A stretch of DNA of 63,837 nucleotides, filler included, from Candidatus Rokuibacteriota bacterium (GTDB lineage: Bacteria > JAUVQV01 > DATDCY01): NCBI GenBank assembly GCA_031406795.1. It is 7 parts of 7 records of this genome, joined end to end, with 100 filler letters (N's around TTAATTAATTAA, not from the genome) between each part and the next. Parts side by side here need not be neighbours in the genome. Positions count along the whole stretch, not along the records: positions 60,472 to 63,837 come from JANOHV010000008.1; 6 more parts are not named here. The stretch is one strand, 5' to 3'. The notes under the pieces were generated by a model. It did not search any database. It was given only the letters and a program-made list of their open reading frames with translations, and had not been told where the DNA came from. This document shows, piece by piece, positions 62,166 through 63,837 of this stretch (positions are counted from its first letter, which is position 1; every line of letters starts with the position of its first letter). Both the position numbers and the translations under genes were made by a program.

Positions 62166-63292
62166 CCACCCCCCACCGTGTAAAAGTTCTTTTCGTGATG
62201 CCGGCCCTTTCGGGGGGGGGCGCCGAGCGGGTGGTGGTCCGGATTCTCCGGCGACTCGACCGGCGCCGATTCCGTCCCGTCCTGATGCTATTCGAGAAAA
62301 CCGGGCCCCTCCTCCCTGAAGTCCCCGCCGACGTTCCCGTGTTGGATTGCGGCCGAAACGGCAGCGGGACCGCAGGGCGATGGCTCTGGACCGCGGCGCT
62401 GCGGATTCGCGCGGAACGGCCTGAGGTCGTGTTCAGCTTCCTCTGGTTCACGAATCTTGCAACGATCGCCGCGCACCGGCTTTCGGGCAGTTCGGCAAGG
62501 TTGATCCTGTCGGAGCGCCTGACGATCGACGGCGCGCGCGAGGGGATTCTGAAAACCGGCATCCGCAAGGCGGGGATCCGGCTGCTTTACCGGAAGGCGG
62601 ACGCGATCGTCGCGAATTCTGCGGCGCTGCGCGAACAACTCGCGGCGATGTGCGGCCTGCCGGCGAACCGCGTGGTCGCGATTCCGAACCCGCTGGATGT
62701 CGACGACATCCTAGCCCGGTCCCGGGAAACGGCCGACCCGCGACCCCGACCGGCCGGTGGCCCGCTCGTCGTGGCGATGGGGCGCCTCGTTCGGCAAAAG
62801 GGCTTCGACACGCTGATCAGGGCCATGGCCTTGCTGCGCACGCCCGCGCAGCTCGTGATCATAGGTGAAGGTCCGCAAGCCGGCGAACTTCGCGAGATGG
62901 CGAAACGATCGGGCATCGGCGACCGCGTCGACCTCGCCGGCTTCCAGACGAACCCCTATCCGCTGTTGCGAACCGCCGCCGTCTTCGTACTCTCCTCCCG
63001 CTACGAAGGATTCCCGAACGCCCTGCTCGAAGCGATGGCGCTCGGCGTCCCGGCCGTCGCGACCCGCTGCTCGACCGGGCCGGAGGAGATCGTGAACCAC
63101 GACGTGAACGGTCTGCTGGTTCCGGTGGACGACCCGGAAGCGATCGCCGCCGGGATCGACCGACTGCTGGCGGACCGGGCTTTCGGCAACCGGCTCGGGC
63201 AGGCGGCTCAGCAGCAGGCGCGCACGTTCGATATCAGCCGGATCATGCCGCGTATCGAATCGCTCATCGAGGGTGGCCTATGTGCGGAATAG
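62162..63292 (+). CDS. GT4 glycosyltransferase
   Basis: GGAERV, GRL..QKG, SRYEGFPNALLEAMA. Confidence 0.92.
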   Translation: MTTPHRVKVLFVMPALSGGGAERVVVRILRRLDRRRFRPVLMLFEKTGPLLPEVPADVPVLDCGRNGSGTAGRWLWTAALRIRAERPEVVFSFLWFTNLATIAAHRLSGSSARLILSERLTIDGAREGILKTGIRKAGIRLLYRKADAIVANSAALREQLAAMCGLPANRVVAIPNPLDVDDILARSRETADPRPRPAGGPLVVAMGRLVRQKGFDTLIRAMALLRTPAQLVIIGEGPQAGELREMAKRSGIGDRVDLAGFQTNPYPLLRTAAVFVLSSRYEGFPNALLEAMALGVPAVATRCSTGPEEIVNHDVNGLLVPVDDPEAIAAGIDRLLADRAFGNRLGQAAQQQARTFDISRIMPRIESLIEGGLCAE

Positions 63293-63837
63293 CCGGATTC
63301 CTGGCGACGGGAGCGGGACAGCACGGACCGGAGCTGCTCGCGGCGATGGGGAACGCTCTGGCGCACCGCGGGCCCGACGGCTCGGGCGAGTGGCTCTCGC
63401 CTGATGGCCGCGCGGGCCTCGCCCACCGGCGACTCGCGATCCTGGACCTTTCGGAAGGCGGCGCGCAGCCGATGGTCTCCGACGACCGCCGGTTCGCGGT
63501 CTCGTTCAATGGCGAGGTGTTCAACTACCGCGAAATCCGGGACGAGCTCAAGGGGCGTGGGCACGCGTTCCGGAGCGACTCCGACACCGAGGTGCTGCTG
63601 GCCGCCTGCGGCGAGTGGGGCGTCGAGGGCGCGGTGTCCCGCTTCATCGGCATGTTCGCTTTCGCGCTGTGGGACGACCGGGAGCGGCAGCTCTTTCTCG
63701 TGCGCGACCGGCTCGGCATCAAGCCGCTCTATCTCGCCCGCGCTCCGGGGCTCGTGCTGTTCGCCTCCGAGCTCAAAGGGATCATGGCCTGCCCCGCCTT
63801 CTCCCGGGAGGTCGACCGCGCCGCGCTGCAGCATTAC
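63280..63837 (+). CDS. asnB: Asparagine synthase (glutamine-hydrolysing) N-terminus
   Basis: MCGIAG, HRGPD, HRRLAILDL, FNGEVFN, RDRLGIKPL. Confidence 0.92.
   Translation, partial: MCGIAGFLATGAGQHGPELLAAMGNALAHRGPDGSGEWLSPDGRAGLAHRRLAILDLSEGGAQPMVSDDRRFAVSFNGEVFNYREIRDELKGRGHAFRSDSDTEVLLAACGEWGVEGAVSRFIGMFAFALWDDRERQLFLVRDRLGIKPLYLARAPGLVLFASELKGIMACPAFSREVDRAALQHY
63725..63837 (+). repeat. 113-bp exact direct repeat of 60472-60584
   Basis: The contig's first and last 113 nt are identical. Confidence 0.92.

Overview
This GC-rich bacterial window, with Deltaproteobacteria-like gene content, is a concatenation of seven contigs joined by artificial 100-nt N/TTAATTAATTAA spacers: 1-16711, 16812-28362, 28463-33230, 33331-43983, 44084-49784, 49885-60371 and 60472-63837. 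Genes on different contigs cannot be assumed to be neighbours. The standout region is 1-10004. About 12 toxin-antitoxin or defence-like modules lie on one strand directly upstream of a Wza/Wzc exopolysaccharide locus. They are separated by recurring linkers made of a ~58-bp hairpin+GGCGGTAG (ops/JUMPStart-like) repeat, IHF and sigma54-like motifs, and short fragments of nucleotide-sugar genes (fcl, a UDP-sugar dehydrogenase, a WbpP-like epimerase). This resembles an integron-like cassette array whose junctions are copies of a polysaccharide operon head rather than attC sites; the mechanism is inference. The other contigs carry: an SNF2/DUF1156/DUF499 restriction-like island with a disrupted methylase; ino1 plus an inositol-phosphate cytidylyltransferase next to an MMPL transporter; FN3/Ig/FG-GAP surface proteins; a CHAD-CYTH-NUDIX-SixA cluster; tig-clpP-clpX with three tRNAs; a peptidoglycan-recycling operon; pdaD with a deoxyhypusine-synthase-like gene; and a self-overlapping 3253-bp asnB/glycosyltransferase unit. 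All family assignments come from motif recognition by eye, with no database searches.
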